From: Clostridia bacterium
Lineage (GTDB): Bacteria; Bacillota; Clostridia; RUG12999
Direction of reading: 5' to 3'
Assembly: GCA_045577655.1 (NCBI GenBank)
Contig: JAZNIU010000003.1
Location: 1 to 63,657 of the forward strand
DNA length: 63,657 nucleotides
The notes below the pieces were generated by a model. That model did no database searches. It saw only the letters and a program-made list of their open reading frames with translations, and had not been told where the DNA came from. A program made the position numbers and the translations under genes. Shown one piece after another: positions 54,949 through 63,657 of the stretch. How positions within the stretch are numbered: position 1 is the stretch's first letter; each line of letters starts with the position of its first letter.

Positions 54949-55827
54949 CTATTCTATGTTCTGGATTTGTTCACGTAGCTTTTCAAGCTCGCTTTTTGCT
55001 TCCACAACAATTTTTGCTATATCAAGATTGTTGCTTTTTGATCCTATTGTGTTTATTTCCCTGTTCATCTCCTGCATAAGAAAGTCAAGTTTTCTTCCGC
55101 AGGGACCGTCCGAGGATATTATATTGTTAAATTCTTTCACGTGGGATTTTAAGCGTACAATTTCCTCGTCGGTACAAATTTTGTCGGCAAAAATGGCTGT
55201 TTCGGTTAGAATTCTTGCTTCATCAATATTCGCAGCCGAAAGAAGTTCGCTCACCTTTTCTGTCAGACGGGTTCTGTAGTTTTCCACCGTCTGCGGCATT
55301 ATTTCTTCAACCTGCCCTGCAAGAGAAAGTACATAATCTGCCTGGTTTTTAAGCGCCTCAGCTATTCTTTCGCCCTCTCTTGTTCTCATATCAATGAATT
55401 CTTTTAGCGCAAGCTCCAGTGCCTCGGTTACTTCCGCTTTCATTGCTTCTTCATCATCGGGAGCTTTTTTCAGACTCAGCACGTCCGGTAGCCGTGAAAT
55501 CTGATAGGCATTAAGATTGTTGTCTGCCGAAAATTCTTCGCTGATTTCTTTGATGGCTTCTATGTATCCCGCAGCCAATACTTTGTCAAGAACTACCTGG
55601 CTGTTACCGCCCTCATCATATTCAACCGTTAAAAACACATCCACTTTGCCGCGTGAAATGCTCTTTAAAATTACACTTTTTATATATTCCTCCAGAAAAA
55701 GATATGTTCTGGGAGATTTTATGTTTATATCCGCATATCTGTGGTTAACCGATTTTATTTCTATTTTCAGGCTGCGGCCTTTCCCCTGTACCTCGCCGCG
55801 TCCGTATCCTGTCATACTTCGTATCAC
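54949..55827 (-). CDS. YicC/YloC family endoribonuclease
   Basis: 292 aa with MIRSMTGYGR and the C-terminal EMNREINTIGSKSN...KSELEKLREQIQNIE. Confidence 0.9.
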   Translation of the reverse strand: MIRSMTGYGRGEVQGKGRSLKIEIKSVNHRYADINIKSPRTYLFLEEYIKSVILKSISRGKVDVFLTVEYDEGGNSQVVLDKVLAAGYIEAIKEISEEFSADNNLNAYQISRLPDVLSLKKAPDDEEAMKAEVTEALELALKEFIDMRTREGERIAEALKNQADYVLSLAGQVEEIMPQTVENYRTRLTEKVSELLSAANIDEARILTETAIFADKICTDEEIVRLKSHVKEFNNIISSDGPCGRKLDFLMQEMNREINTIGSKSNNLDIAKIVVEAKSELEKLREQIQNIE

Positions 55828-55839
55828 AGCAAAATCACC

Positions 55840-57225
55840 TCACGCATTTATATATTTTTCAAGAAATTTCTCCATTTTGCCAATATGCTCAAAAACCGTT
55901 TCGGGACAAGGTCCGCCCGTCACTTTTCTCTGGCTAACACACGCCTCGGGAGTTATATGGTCGTAAATATCCGATTCAAACAGCTCGGAAAAGCTTTTGA
56001 ATTCTTCAACTGTAAGGTCGGACAGACTTTTTTCATTTGAAATGCAGTAGAACACCATTTTCCCCGAAACTTCGTGCGCGTTTCTGAAAGGCATACCCTT
56101 TTTAACAAGATAGTCTGCAACGTCGGTAGCGTTGGTGAAACCGCCTTTTGCTCCCTCAGCCATTTTTTCTTTGTTTATCTTCATTGTTTTTATCATACCG
56201 CAGAAAACAGGAATACACAGTTTAACTGTATCTATTGAATCAAAAACTGCTTCTTTGTCTTCCTGCATATCTTTGTTATAGGCAAGAGGAAGACCTTTCA
56301 TGACAGTTAAAAGTGCCATAAGATTTCCGTATGTTCTGCCTGTCTTTCCGCGAATAAGCTCTGCGACATCTGGGTTTTTCTTCTGCGGCATTATAGAGCT
56401 GCCTGTTGAAAAGGCATCGTCCATTTCCACAAAAGAAAACTCGTTGGTGTTCCAGATAATAATCTCTTCAGAAAATCTGCTGAGATGCATCATGATAATT
56501 GCAAGCACCGACGCCGTTTCTATAACAAAATCCCTGTCGCTGACACCGTCTATACTGTTTGCACAGATATCGTCAAACCCAAGCTTTTCCGCAACAAAGT
56601 TTCTGTCTATAGGATATGTCGTGGTAGCAAGCGCTCCCGACCCCAGTGGCAGAATGTTAAGTCTTTTTCTGCAGTCGCAAAGTCTTGTAATATCACGGCT
56701 GAACATTTCTGCGTATGCCATAATATGATGTGCGAAAGTAATGGGTTGTGCCTTTTGCATATGAGTGTACCCCGGCATAACAGTGTTTGTGTTTTCTTTT
56801 GCAATATCAACAATTGTTTTTATAAGCTCTGCTGTCATCTTTATAACAGCATCAATCTCGTCTCTGATATACATACGGGCATCAAGAGCAACCTGGTCGT
56901 TTCTGCTTCTTGCCGTGTGAAGCCTTTTGCCTGCATCACCTATTCTTTCAGAAAGCAGTTTTTCAACAAACATATGTATGTCTTCAGCCGTCGGGTCAAA
57001 AACAACCCTGCCTGCCTCAATGTCCGAAAGAATTTCTTTTAAAGCCTCGCCTATCTTTGCAGAATCCTCTTTTGAGATTATATCTCTTTCCCCAAGCATT
57101 GCCGAATGTGCAATGCTACCAGTTATATCCTGTTTATACATCCGGCTGTCAAATCTTATTGATGAGTTAAAATCATCAACTTTTTTATCTGTATTTTTCT
57201 GAAAGCGTCCGCCCCAAAGTTTCAT
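55840..57225 (-). CDS. argH: argininosuccinate lyase
   Basis: 461 aa with MKLWGGRF and the fumarate-lyase signature [12 protein letters not shown]. Confidence 0.95.
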   Translation of the reverse strand: MKLWGGRFQKNTDKKVDDFNSSIRFDSRMYKQDITGSIAHSAMLGERDIISKEDSAKIGEALKEILSDIEAGRVVFDPTAEDIHMFVEKLLSERIGDAGKRLHTARSRNDQVALDARMYIRDEIDAVIKMTAELIKTIVDIAKENTNTVMPGYTHMQKAQPITFAHHIMAYAEMFSRDITRLCDCRKRLNILPLGSGALATTTYPIDRNFVAEKLGFDDICANSIDGVSDRDFVIETASVLAIIMMHLSRFSEEIIIWNTNEFSFVEMDDAFSTGSSIMPQKKNPDVAELIRGKTGRTYGNLMALLTVMKGLPLAYNKDMQEDKEAVFDSIDTVKLCIPVFCGMIKTMKINKEKMAEGAKGGFTNATDVADYLVKKGMPFRNAHEVSGKMVFYCISNEKSLSDLTVEEFKSFSELFESDIYDHITPEACVSQRKVTGGPCPETVFEHIGKMEKFLEKYINA

Positions 57226-57249
57226 TTAAATTTCAAACCCTTCTGCGTT

Positions 57250-57735
57250 TTATTCTTCAATTAAAGTCATTTTCTTAATTACAACCGGAACAATCGGCTT
57301 GTCCATCGGGTTTGTTTTTGACGCAGCAATTTCGTCAACAACCTCGATACCCTCTGTAACTTTGCCGAAAGCGGCATACTGCCCGTCAAGATGTGGCGCA
57401 TCCTTGTGCATAATAAAAAACTGGCTGCTTGCAGAGTTTGGCATCATAGACCTTGCCATTGAAATAACACCGCGGGTATGTTTCAGTGTGTTGTCTGCAA
57501 ACCCGTTTGCACGGAACTCGCCTCTAATGTTTTTTCCCGAGCCGCCCATGCCTGTTCCTTCAGGGTCGCCCCCCTGAATCATGAAACCTGCTATTACTCG
57601 GTGGAATATCAGTCCGTCATAAAAACCACTCTTTACAAGATTTTTAAAGTTTTCTACTGTTTCAGGCGCAAACTGAGGATAGAGCTCCACTGTCATTTTT
57701 CCGCCGTTGTCCATTTCTATAATTACTTTATCCAT
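57250..57735 (-). CDS. cyclophilin-type peptidyl-prolyl isomerase (cytoplasmic)
   Basis: 161 aa with FHRVI.GFMIQGGDP.GTG.GG and SQFFI. Confidence 0.92.
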   Translation of the reverse strand: MDKVIIEMDNGGKMTVELYPQFAPETVENFKNLVKSGFYDGLIFHRVIAGFMIQGGDPEGTGMGGSGKNIRGEFRANGFADNTLKHTRGVISMARSMMPNSASSQFFIMHKDAPHLDGQYAAFGKVTEGIEVVDEIAASKTNPMDKPIVPVVIKKMTLIEE

Positions 57736-57739
57736 TTTT

Positions 57740-58348
57740 CTACTCCTCTACTTTAATACTTTTTATCACAACATCATTTATTGGTCTGTCATTTTCATCT
57801 GTCTGTACCGAAGCAATTTTATCTACAACAGCCATACCGCTTACAACCTTTCCAAAAGCGGCATACTCCCCGTCAAGATGGGGTGATGTTTCATGTACTA
57901 TAAAAAATTGACTTCTGGCAGTATTTTTCCCATCAGACCTCGCCATTGATATAACTCCGCGGGTGTGTTTCAGCGTATTCTTGGTAAACCCGTTTGAACG
58001 AAATTCTCCGACAACATATTTGTCCGAACCGCCAAAGCCTGTTCCCTCAGGGTCACCTCCCTGAATCATAAACCCCGGTATTACTCTGTGAAATATCAGT
58101 CCGTCATAAAAGCCGCTTTTTGCAAGAGAAAGGAAGTTTTCAACGGTTTTTGGTGCATATTCGGGCATCAGTTCAAGTTTGATTGTTCCGCCATCTGCCA
58201 TTGTAATTGTCGCAAATTTATGATTTTTGTTTACTTCCTGTTTTTCAGCAGAGTCATCATTTCCTAAAAGAGGATTGACCTTTTTGCCGCATCCGCAAAC
58301 CATAAAAACCATAGATATTGCAACAATGAGTGCTAAAATTTTTTTCAT
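57740..58348 (-). CDS. cyclophilin-type peptidyl-prolyl isomerase, lipoprotein
   Basis: Start is at MKKILALIVAISMVFMVCGCG (lipobox; RBS AAAGGTGA). The cyclophilin core is paralogous to the downstream gene. The longer track ORF would overlap pncB. Confidence 0.88.
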   Translation of the reverse strand: MKKILALIVAISMVFMVCGCGKKVNPLLGNDDSAEKQEVNKNHKFATITMADGGTIKLELMPEYAPKTVENFLSLAKSGFYDGLIFHRVIPGFMIQGGDPEGTGFGGSDKYVVGEFRSNGFTKNTLKHTRGVISMARSDGKNTARSQFFIVHETSPHLDGEYAAFGKVVSGMAVVDKIASVQTDENDRPINDVVIKSIKVEE

Positions 58349-58359
58349 TGTTTCACCTT

Positions 58360-59805
58360 TTACATTTTTGAATATTTTTTGATAAGCTCCGATTTTATGT
58401 CCCACAAATCCTGAGACAAATCAACATAATACCTGTGCGGATTTTCAAAACGTTTTACCTCATCCCAGATGGTATCAACCTGATTTTTGCAATATTCTTT
58501 TATCTCGCTCACTTCGGGGGAAGTATATACACACTTTCCCTTGTCAAATATTTTCTGAAGAAGCGGTTTTGCATAGAAGTCGGTAACTGTTTTGCGTTTC
58601 CAGGTATGGTCAGGGTCAAATATTTCGTAAGGTTTGCTGTCGTCTATAATTTCATCGTGCAAAGTTACAACATCGGCAATAGCCTGTCCCGTTTCTCTGG
58701 AAAAGAGTCTGTAAACCTGTTTAAAACAAGGTGTTGTAATTTTTGCAACATTTTCACTGATTTTAATTTTTGGTGTTTTAACGCCGTCCGTTTCTGTTTC
58801 GCAAAGTTTATATACCCCACCCAGAACCGGTTCTGACCTTGAGGTGATAAGTCTTTCGCCAACACCAAACGAATCTATCTTAGCCCCCTGCATTATTGTG
58901 TCTCGGATGATATATTCATCAAGCGAATTGGATGCAACAATTTTGCAGTCCGGATAGCCGGCATCATCAAGCATTTTTCTTGCTTTTCTTGTAAGATATG
59001 TTATATCTCCGCTGTCAATACGGATACCGACAGGTCTTTTTCCCATAGGAGCCAGAACTTCGTTGAAGACTTTAATCGCATTTGGAATACCGCTTTTTAA
59101 GACATTGTATGTGTCAACAAGAAGAACACATTTATCGGGATATCTTGTTGCATAAGCCGAAAAGGCGTCATATTCACTGTCAAACAAGCTTATCCAGCTG
59201 TGTGCCATTGTTCCGGAAGTAGGAATCCCATATTCTCTGTCTGTAATGGTGCAGGAAGTGGAATCGCAACCGGCAATATATGCCGCTCTTGACCCAAGAA
59301 CCGCAGCACTGTACCCTTGTGCGCGTCTTGCACCGAATTCCATAACAGACCTGCCGTCTGCTGCTCTGACAATTCTGTTTGCTTTTGTTGCAATAAGACT
59401 CTGGTGGTTCATGCATATCAAAATCATGGTTTCCAGAATCTGTGCTTGTCCCACCGGACCTCTCACAGTTACAAGAGGTTCTCCCGGGAACACGGGCGTT
59501 CCTTCCGGAACTGCCCAGACATCACAACAGAATTTGAAATTTGAAATATATTCTATAAACTGCTCGCTGAACATTCCAAGCTTTTTGAAATATTCAATGT
59601 CTTCCTGTTCAAATTTAAGGTTGTTAATATACTTTATAATGCTGTCAAGTCCTGCAAAAACAACAAACCCGCCACCGTCCGGCACCTGTCTGAAAAAAGC
59701 GTCAAAACAGCCGATTACATTTTGTTTGCCTGAATTTATATAGCCGTCAAGCATTGTAAATTCGTAAAAATCTGACAACATAGCAAGATTATCTTCTCTA
59801 AGCAT
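58360..59805 (-). CDS. pncB: nicotinate phosphoribosyltransferase
   Basis: 481 aa with TDFYEFTM-like LSDFYEFTMLDGY, and GTMAHSWI. Confidence 0.9.
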   Translation of the reverse strand: MLREDNLAMLSDFYEFTMLDGYINSGKQNVIGCFDAFFRQVPDGGGFVVFAGLDSIIKYINNLKFEQEDIEYFKKLGMFSEQFIEYISNFKFCCDVWAVPEGTPVFPGEPLVTVRGPVGQAQILETMILICMNHQSLIATKANRIVRAADGRSVMEFGARRAQGYSAAVLGSRAAYIAGCDSTSCTITDREYGIPTSGTMAHSWISLFDSEYDAFSAYATRYPDKCVLLVDTYNVLKSGIPNAIKVFNEVLAPMGKRPVGIRIDSGDITYLTRKARKMLDDAGYPDCKIVASNSLDEYIIRDTIMQGAKIDSFGVGERLITSRSEPVLGGVYKLCETETDGVKTPKIKISENVAKITTPCFKQVYRLFSRETGQAIADVVTLHDEIIDDSKPYEIFDPDHTWKRKTVTDFYAKPLLQKIFDKGKCVYTSPEVSEIKEYCKNQVDTIWDEVKRFENPHRYYVDLSQDLWDIKSELIKKYSKM

Positions 59806-59843
59806 AGTCGTTCATTGCCTTTCCGTCCACGTAAAAATTTAGC

Positions 59844-60113
59844 TTAAACCTCGCCAAGTGCATCAAGAAGCCAGAACTCTGCAATATCTATTGCCTTATA
59901 AAGTCCGTTTCTTTCAGCTTTTTTTACAACATTGTCTTTTCCTGTTTCTTTAAGTTCAATCAAGATGTTTCCGGCAACCTCCTGACTCAAAACCTCTTTT
60001 GTGTCAATGATTGTCATTTCGATTATAAAATCATCTTCAAAACTGCCGTAATATATTTTATTATCGCGACGAATCATAGGTTTTCCCTTAAACATCAAAT
60101 TTTTTTCGCTCAC
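59844..60113 (-). CDS. small hypothetical protein
   Basis: 89 aa with a GTG start and GAGGTG 8 nt upstream. I do not recognise a family. It heads the long minus-strand gene string. Confidence 0.45.
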   Translation of the reverse strand: MSEKNLMFKGKPMIRRDNKIYYGSFEDDFIIEMTIIDTKEVLSQEVAGNILIELKETGKDNVVKKAERNGLYKAIDIAEFWLLDALGEV

Positions 60114-60276
60114 CTTAAATGCACCTCTTTTTTACATATTTTTATACACTATATATTATATCATATTTTACCAATACAAGTAAAGACATTTTTCATTTTT
60201 GTTGCACGATTTTGGGCTAAAATGACAAAAGTTTAACGATTTTTTCTTATTTTTTGTAAAAAAAATAAAAAAACTA

Positions 60277-60305
60277 TTGCAAAACTATAAAAAAAAAGGT
60301 ATGAT
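60277..60305 (+). promoter_or_regulatory. sigma-A-type promoter upstream of the PucR-like regulator/ftsEX genes
   Basis: TTGCAA (60277-60282), a 17-nt spacer, then TATGAT (60300-60305). Confidence 0.45.
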
Positions 60306-60362
60306 ATATTATGTATTATTATTTTTTTTAGCTTGCATTGAAGCTTATGAGGAGGTAATTAC

Positions 60363-61445
60363 GTGAGCAGAATTTTTCAGAACGTGATACTACAATTAAA
60401 GGATTTATATAATCGGAGAATGGGTGTTATCGATACGAACGGTACGGTAACTTCCTGCGCTTATGGAATTTTAGACCCAGCCACTGTTGATTATATACTG
60501 AAAAAATATGCAGACCCTGCAGCTTTCTATTCTTATAACGGGTTTACATACAAACCCGTAGGAAACCGCAACAAGCTTGAATTTATAACCTTCTGCGAGG
60601 GTTCAGACGAAGTTGCGAGAACCTGTTGCAGCGTACTTGCAATCACCCTCTCAAACATAAAGACTCTTCACGATGAAAAATATGATAAAACAAACCTGGT
60701 GAAAAACATCCTCATGGACAACATTTTGCCGGGCGATATCCTTATAAAATCAAAGGATCTGCATCTCTCTGTTGACGTCAGCCGTGTTGTTTTTGTTATC
60801 CAGACAACAGGCACTCCAAATTTCTCCATCTATGATATTCTGCAAAACCTCTTCCCAGAAAAAGGCAAGAATTTTATTGTAAATATAGACGAACACTATC
60901 TTGCTCTTGTTCGGGAAGTTAAGCCAAGTATTGATTCAAAAGAGCTTGAAAAACTGGCAAAATCCATTGTGGATACGCTATATACCGAAGCTCTGGTGAA
61001 AGTATATATCGGCATAGGCTCAATTTGCGACAACATCCGCGACCTTGCTCTCAGCTATAAAGAAGCCCAGGTTGCACTTGAAGTGGGCAAAGTTTTTGAT
61101 ACTGAAAAACAGATTATCAACTACGAAAACCTCGGTATTGGCCGCCTGATATATCAGCTCCCCACAACTCTTTGTGAGCTCTTCCTTTCGGAAGTATTCA
61201 AAAAGGAGTCTCTTGATGTTTTAGACCAGGAAACAATACTTACAATACAAAAATTCTTTAAACATAATCTTAATGTTTCTGAAACAGCCCGTGAGCTGTT
61301 CGTTCACAGAAACACACTCGTTTACAGACTGGATAAAATTGAAAAAGTTACCGGTCTTGACCTGCGCGAATTTGACCAGGCTGTTACCTTTAAAGTTGCA
61401 ATGATGGTAAAAAAATATCTCTCATCTAACACCACAAAATTCTAA
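60363..61445 (+). CDS. PucR/CdaR-type transcriptional regulator
   Basis: 360 aa with a GTG start after GAGGAGG. The C-terminal HTH is LNVSETARELFVHRNTLVYRLDKIEKVTGLDLREF. Confidence 0.75.
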   Translation: MSRIFQNVILQLKDLYNRRMGVIDTNGTVTSCAYGILDPATVDYILKKYADPAAFYSYNGFTYKPVGNRNKLEFITFCEGSDEVARTCCSVLAITLSNIKTLHDEKYDKTNLVKNILMDNILPGDILIKSKDLHLSVDVSRVVFVIQTTGTPNFSIYDILQNLFPEKGKNFIVNIDEHYLALVREVKPSIDSKELEKLAKSIVDTLYTEALVKVYIGIGSICDNIRDLALSYKEAQVALEVGKVFDTEKQIINYENLGIGRLIYQLPTTLCELFLSEVFKKESLDVLDQETILTIQKFFKHNLNVSETARELFVHRNTLVYRLDKIEKVTGLDLREFDQAVTFKVAMMVKKYLSSNTTKF

Positions 61446-61459
61446 AGGATTGTTTTTCT

Positions 61460-62140
61460 ATGATACTTTTCCAAAATGTTACTAAAATATACGACGACCG
61501 AGTTATAGCACTGAACGATGCAACATTCCACGTTCAAAAAGGCGAGTTTGTTTTTGTTACCGGTCCCAGCGGCGCCGGAAAATCAACTCTTACAAAACTT
61601 ATAACCCGCGAAGAAAAACCGGATAGCGGCAAAATTACAGTTGCAGATTTTGACGTGTGTTCAATTCCGGACAAAAAAGTCCCTTTTCTCCGCAGAAGTA
61701 TGGGCATAGTTTTTCAGGATTTCCGACTGCTTCCGAGAAAAACTGTTTATGAAAACGTGGCTTTTGCCATGGAAGTTGTCGGCGCCAGCCCGCGTGCAAT
61801 AAGAAGACGTGTGCCCGATGTTCTCAGTATGGTTGGTCTTACCAGCAAAGCAAAATCCTATCCAGACCAGCTTTCAGGCGGTGAACAGCAAAGAGTTGGC
61901 ATTGCCAGAGCTCTTGCCAACACCCCGCATATTCTGATTGCAGACGAGCCTACCGGTAATCTTGACAATGACACAGCATGGGAAATCATGTCTATTTTAG
62001 ACCGCATAAATAAACAAGGTACTACCGTTTTAATGGTAACACATGCCCAGAATATTGTTGATGAAATGCAAAAACGTGTTATTTCCATCGACAATGGCGT
62101 TGTGACTTGTCCGCAACAGGAGGGGCTTTTGTATGTTTAA
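61460..62140 (+). CDS. ftsE: cell division ATP-binding protein FtsE
   Basis: 226 aa with [17 protein letters not shown] and ADEPTGNLD. Confidence 0.93.
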   Translation: MILFQNVTKIYDDRVIALNDATFHVQKGEFVFVTGPSGAGKSTLTKLITREEKPDSGKITVADFDVCSIPDKKVPFLRRSMGIVFQDFRLLPRKTVYENVAFAMEVVGASPRAIRRRVPDVLSMVGLTSKAKSYPDQLSGGEQQRVGIARALANTPHILIADEPTGNLDNDTAWEIMSILDRINKQGTTVLMVTHAQNIVDEMQKRVISIDNGVVTCPQQEGLLYV

Positions 62141-63014
62141 TAATTTCAAATATTACGTGAAACAGGCTTTTTCCGGGATATTCAGAAACAAGCTTATGGT
62201 TTTCATAAGTCTTTCCACCGTAATTTTTTGTATGCTGCTTCTTGGCCTTGCAATTATTTTCGGTATGAACCTGGATTATATTTCCGAACAGCTTGAATCT
62301 CAGTTCGAAATACATGCTTTTGTGGACCTGTCCTATTCTAATGAACAAGCAAAAGCTTTAGAGCCAGCCATCCTTAAGACTGAAAACATAGCAAATGCGG
62401 TTTTCTGCACAAAAGAAGAGGCTCTCGACAGCCTCAAAGGCACACTTGACAGCACTGAAGCTCTTGCCGGACTTGAAGAGGACAACCCTCTCCACTGTTA
62501 TTATAAGATTACTTTAGAAGATATAAAAGCTGCTACAGAAACAGAAAAGCTTTTAATGGCAATCCCGGGAATTGTAACTGTTTCCAACAGAACCGATATT
62601 TTAAGCGGTATCACTTCCTTTACAAGCATTTCTCGGAATGTCAGCATTCTTGGCATGCTCATATTTGCGCTTGTGGCAATTTTTATTATTTCCAACACAA
62701 TAAAACTTACTTTGATGAACAGAAAAAAAGAGATTGAAATTATGAAATCGGTTGGTGCAACCAACACTTTCATTCGCAGTCCTTTCATTATAGAAGGCAC
62801 AACCGTAGGTATAATAGGCGGCCTTATTGCTCTTATCCCCGCAAACCTAGGATACAATGCTTTTCTTTCCTGGTGGTCGGGCTTTTTCGGACTTTTCAAT
62901 CTTTTAAATACAGGACTCATTTCCACAATCCTGCTTTTTGTTTTTGTATTGGCAGGGGCATTTATCGGTGCTATGGGAAGTGTTATGTCTGTCAGAAAAT
63001 ATCTTAGCATATAG
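62133..63014 (+). CDS. ftsX: cell division permease FtsX
   Basis: 293 aa with 4 TM segments and a large first extracellular loop. It overlaps ftsE by 8 nt. Confidence 0.9.
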   Translation: MFNNFKYYVKQAFSGIFRNKLMVFISLSTVIFCMLLLGLAIIFGMNLDYISEQLESQFEIHAFVDLSYSNEQAKALEPAILKTENIANAVFCTKEEALDSLKGTLDSTEALAGLEEDNPLHCYYKITLEDIKAATETEKLLMAIPGIVTVSNRTDILSGITSFTSISRNVSILGMLIFALVAIFIISNTIKLTLMNRKKEIEIMKSVGATNTFIRSPFIIEGTTVGIIGGLIALIPANLGYNAFLSWWSGFFGLFNLLNTGLISTILLFVFVLAGAFIGAMGSVMSVRKYLSI

Positions 63015-63025
63015 CGAGGCAAGTT

Positions 63026-63657
63026 ATGAAACGATTTTTCAAACCTTTATTATGCATACTTATGTGCCTGTCTTTTGCACTGTACGGTTATGCGGCAACT
63101 CCTGCCCAGAAACGTGCAGAGCTTGAAAAAAAACTTAATCAGGCAGACAAAGAATATGCATCTGCAAGGGAAAAAAAGTTGGCATACGACGAACAGATTT
63201 CTGCTCTGCAGGACGACATTGACGAAGTTGATGCCATGATAGCAACGTTAAACGCGGAAATTGATGTTCAGAACAAAAAAATTGACGAGTTAAATGAAAA
63301 ACTTGTTGTTAAAAAAGACAATTTCAACGCACGTCTCAGAGCACTTCAGTACCGCGGCCCCACCAACTATCTCGATGTGCTTTTGGGCGCGGAAAACTTT
63401 TCGGATTTCCTTGTCAGAATAACTCTTGTAAGCAATATAGTCGACCACGACAAAGATATGATAAACGAAATTGCGGCATTAAAGTCTGAAGTTGAAGATG
63501 CAAAGGCTGTTATTATAGCAAAAAAAGATGAACAGCAGGAAGCAAAAGATCTTCTTGTTTCCCAACGTTCCTATCTTGACTCTCTTGCCTCCAAGCAGGC
63601 AGAAGCAATGAAAGTGCTTGCCGCAGATATGAATGAATATCGTATAGCAATAGCACA
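63026..63657 (+). CDS. secreted coiled-coil protein, probably the N-terminal part of a CwlO/PcsB/EnvC-like peptidoglycan hydrolase or activator (3' end outside the window)
   Basis: Not in the ORF track. ATG at 63026 gives MKRFFKPLLCILMCLSFALYGYAATPAQKRAELEKKLNQADKEYASAREKKLAYDEQISALQDDIDEVDAMIATLNAEIDVQNKKIDELNEKL.... This is a signal peptide followed by a long heptad-rich region, immediately after ftsEX. Confidence 0.55.
   Translation, partial: MKRFFKPLLCILMCLSFALYGYAATPAQKRAELEKKLNQADKEYASAREKKLAYDEQISALQDDIDEVDAMIATLNAEIDVQNKKIDELNEKLVVKKDNFNARLRALQYRGPTNYLDVLLGAENFSDFLVRITLVSNIVDHDKDMINEIAALKSEVEDAKAVIIAKKDEQQEAKDLLVSQRSYLDSLASKQAEAMKVLAADMNEYRIAIA

Noticed and set aside
1-63657. I scanned for CRISPR arrays, transposases, integrases, phage modules, toxin-antitoxin pairs and tRNA or rRNA genes.
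   Set aside because: Nothing was found. All large ORFs have housekeeping or transporter assignments, and apart from 15115-15424 no intergenic region is long or repetitive enough to hide such elements.

Overview
The window looks like a low-GC, spore-forming Firmicutes (Clostridia-type) chromosome: it has Spo0A, an SLH-anchored surface protein and a PASTA kinase. About 65 densely packed genes are present, mostly on the minus strand and almost all housekeeping. I found no rRNA, tRNA, CRISPR array, transposase, integrase or prophage genes.

Gene content by region:
- 1-7 kb: a secondary alcohol dehydrogenase cut by the window edge, a LacI regulator, dxs-tlyA, yebC and spo0A.
- 17.7-24.2 kb: a split methionine synthase module (metH core, separate reactivation-domain protein, metF) plus a B12-binding radical SAM enzyme, tadA and an HD nucleotidase.
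- 24-35 kb: lplA, ackA-pta, cysK, two polysaccharide deacetylases and glmM-glmS.
- 42-56 kb: the conserved Firmicutes block yicC-remA-gmk-rpoZ-priA-def-fmt-rsmB-rlmN-stp-prkC-rsgA-rpe-thiN.
- 56-60 kb: argH, two cyclophilins and pncB.
- 60-63.7 kb: a PucR-type regulator, ftsEX and a coiled-coil hydrolase-like gene.

The non-routine part is 8.2-15.4 kb:
- A cobalamin riboswitch with its own promoter and terminator drives a four-gene operon.
- That operon encodes an SLH-anchored surface protein with a DUF4430 domain and an alpha/alpha-toroid-like region, a small DUF4430 lipoprotein, an EcfT component, and one polypeptide fusing two ECF ATPase domains to an S-component-like membrane domain.
- Immediately upstream lies a tandem pair of about 77-nt conserved non-coding units interleaved with three terminator-like hairpins, which I could not assign to any RNA family.
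- Next to that is a GMP synthase lacking its glutamine amidotransferase domain, translationally adjacent to a CofE-like ligase homolog.

All calls come from reading the ORF translations and the DNA by eye. No database search was run.
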